Assembly (NCBI GenBank): GCA_963664405.1
Contig: OY761158.1
Location: forward strand, 832,001-896,000
DNA: 64,000 nucleotides
Direction of reading: 5' to 3'
DNA from: Thermoanaerobaculia bacterium
GTDB taxonomy: Bacteria > Acidobacteriota > Thermoanaerobaculia > Multivoradales > Multivoraceae
This document shows positions 62,643-64,000 of this stretch, one piece after another. Within the stretch, counting starts at the first letter, position 1, and the number at the start of each line of letters is the position of its first letter. Both the position numbers and the translations under genes were made by a program. The notes below the pieces were generated by a model. It worked only from the letters and a program-made list of their open reading frames with translations, did no database searches and had not been told where the DNA came from.

Positions 62643-64000
62643 GTGAGGAAAGCAGTCACAATCGGTCGAAGCTCGACCACAGCTGCCCTCTTGGTGCTGG
62701 GGTGCAGCAACCTTGAACCCGTCGCGAAGGTCAATGAGACAGCTGCCGGGCAAAACCCGCCACCGCAGGTCGAGCTAGTCACTCAGATCGTACTCGTGCC
62801 GGACGTGACTCTCGACTCTCCCGCTGATTCTGCCGTGGTCAACGACTCTACGGTCTCGTTCACGTGCACCGCGACGGATTCCGCGGGGCTTCAGGACACG
62901 ACCCTCTACCTCAGCAGCAGCTCTACGACGGTCGCCTTCAGCGGACCGACAGAAACCGACGACGCGTACTTCGCCGCCGAGACGCCGGATGCGAACTTCG
63001 GCAGCGACCCAAGCATCAACGACGACAACGCTGCCGCTCACGCGCACGCCGTGATGAAGTTCCCGAACATGATCGGATTGCACCCGGGCCAGGTACCGCC
63101 CGGAGCACGCATCTCGTCGGCGGTGCTGGAGGTGAAATGTGCCAACCGCCGCGCCGACATGGAGATCTACCCATTGACGGAGGACTGGGACGAGGACGAA
63201 GTGACTTGGAACGAGCGTCTGGCCGGGGTGTCGTGGACCTCGCCCGGAGCGGACGGCGCCCACTCTCGGGGCGCGACCTCGTACCCGGCCGATTGCACGT
63301 CGTACGAGGCGCGGTCGATCGACGTCACGGAGATCGTCCAGAGCTGGAGCCTCGGTTCCGCGAGCTACGGCATTCTGTTCATTGACACGGGTGAGGAAAC
63401 CATCGATTTCGACAGCAGCGAGTCGGCGAGCCCTCCCGTTCTGACCGTCACCTTCAGGCCTGACTGGCGACCGATCGACACGAAGAGCATCTCAGGGAAC
63501 AGCGCCACGCTTTCGTTCACCACGACTCTGCCCGATGACCAGGACTATCTGTGGAACTGTCTTGTCACAAACATGCTCGGAGAGCAGTCCTATGCCCGGC
63601 CCGATTCCGTCGTCAACGTCGACAGGAACGCCCCAGACGAGCCCAGCGCGATCGCCCTGGCGGATGGGGCCAGCGGAGTCTTCACGTCCCCCGTCCTGGA
63701 GGTCGACGTCAGGGACCCGAACGGAGACGCGCTCGACGTCACCTTTTTCGGTCGCCCCAAGACCGCCGTGCCAGAGTTTACGATCGTCGTGTTGCCCGAC
63801 ACGCAACACTACGCTGACTCCGCCGCCAACGCAGGGATCTACACCTCGCAAACGCAGTGGATCGTCGACAACGTGTTGACCGAGAATATTGTCTTCGTAA
63901 CGCACGAAGGGGACATCGTCCACAACTGGGATCAGACGATCGAGTGGGAGCGTGCGGACGCGAGCATGACGCTGCTCGACTCAGTCGTCCCCTACGGGAT
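62643..64000 (+). CDS. putative lipoprotein with DNRLRE-like domain and calcineurin-like phosphoesterase (3'-partial)
   Basis: Not in ORF track; LLVLGC lipobox, DAY...PDANFG, WDEDEVTWN, FTIVVLPDTQHY...VTHEGDIV. Confidence 0.75.
   Translation, partial: MRKAVTIGRSSTTAALLVLGCSNLEPVAKVNETAAGQNPPPQVELVTQIVLVPDVTLDSPADSAVVNDSTVSFTCTATDSAGLQDTTLYLSSSSTTVAFSGPTETDDAYFAAETPDANFGSDPSINDDNAAAHAHAVMKFPNMIGLHPGQVPPGARISSAVLEVKCANRRADMEIYPLTEDWDEDEVTWNERLAGVSWTSPGADGAHSRGATSYPADCTSYEARSIDVTEIVQSWSLGSASYGILFIDTGEETIDFDSSESASPPVLTVTFRPDWRPIDTKSISGNSATLSFTTTLPDDQDYLWNCLVTNMLGEQSYARPDSVVNVDRNAPDEPSAIALADGASGVFTSPVLEVDVRDPNGDALDVTFFGRPKTAVPEFTIVVLPDTQHYADSAANAGIYTSQTQWIVDNVLTENIVFVTHEGDIVHNWDQTIEWERADASMTLLDSVVPYG

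Overview
GC-rich bacterial chromosomal window. The gene content (acidobacterial-type VWA protein, DUF6116, Oar-like TonB receptor, PSD1/DUF1501 pair) suggests Acidobacteriota; this is inference. Left part (1-36.7 kb) is mostly intact: an alpha/beta-hydrolase-DedA fusion, a Spy/CpxP plus two-component module whose kinase is split by IS1380, olsB/olsA-like acyltransferases, a divergent cluster with three Rieske-fusion proteins, a sulfatase, two divergent DUF3604 paralogs, a porin, leuS and PSD1/DUF1501. It carries five loci of a two-hairpin REP-like repeat. Right part: two near-identical 412-bp MITEs (36753-37164 and 62113-62524) bracket about 25 kb of heavily eroded accessory DNA. That segment holds a TonB receptor with tandem NrdR-like boxes over its promoter, a PQQ-type beta-propeller, sulfatases, a tRNA-Ala(GGC) att relic, a second IS1380, an IS6 invaded by a group II intron, an integrase plus IS91-like transposase element, a parA/ParE toxin-antitoxin module, Tn3 relics, ISAzo13 and many gene fragments. 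No CRISPR array, rRNA or intact tRNA was found. All family calls come from motif recognition by eye, not database searches.
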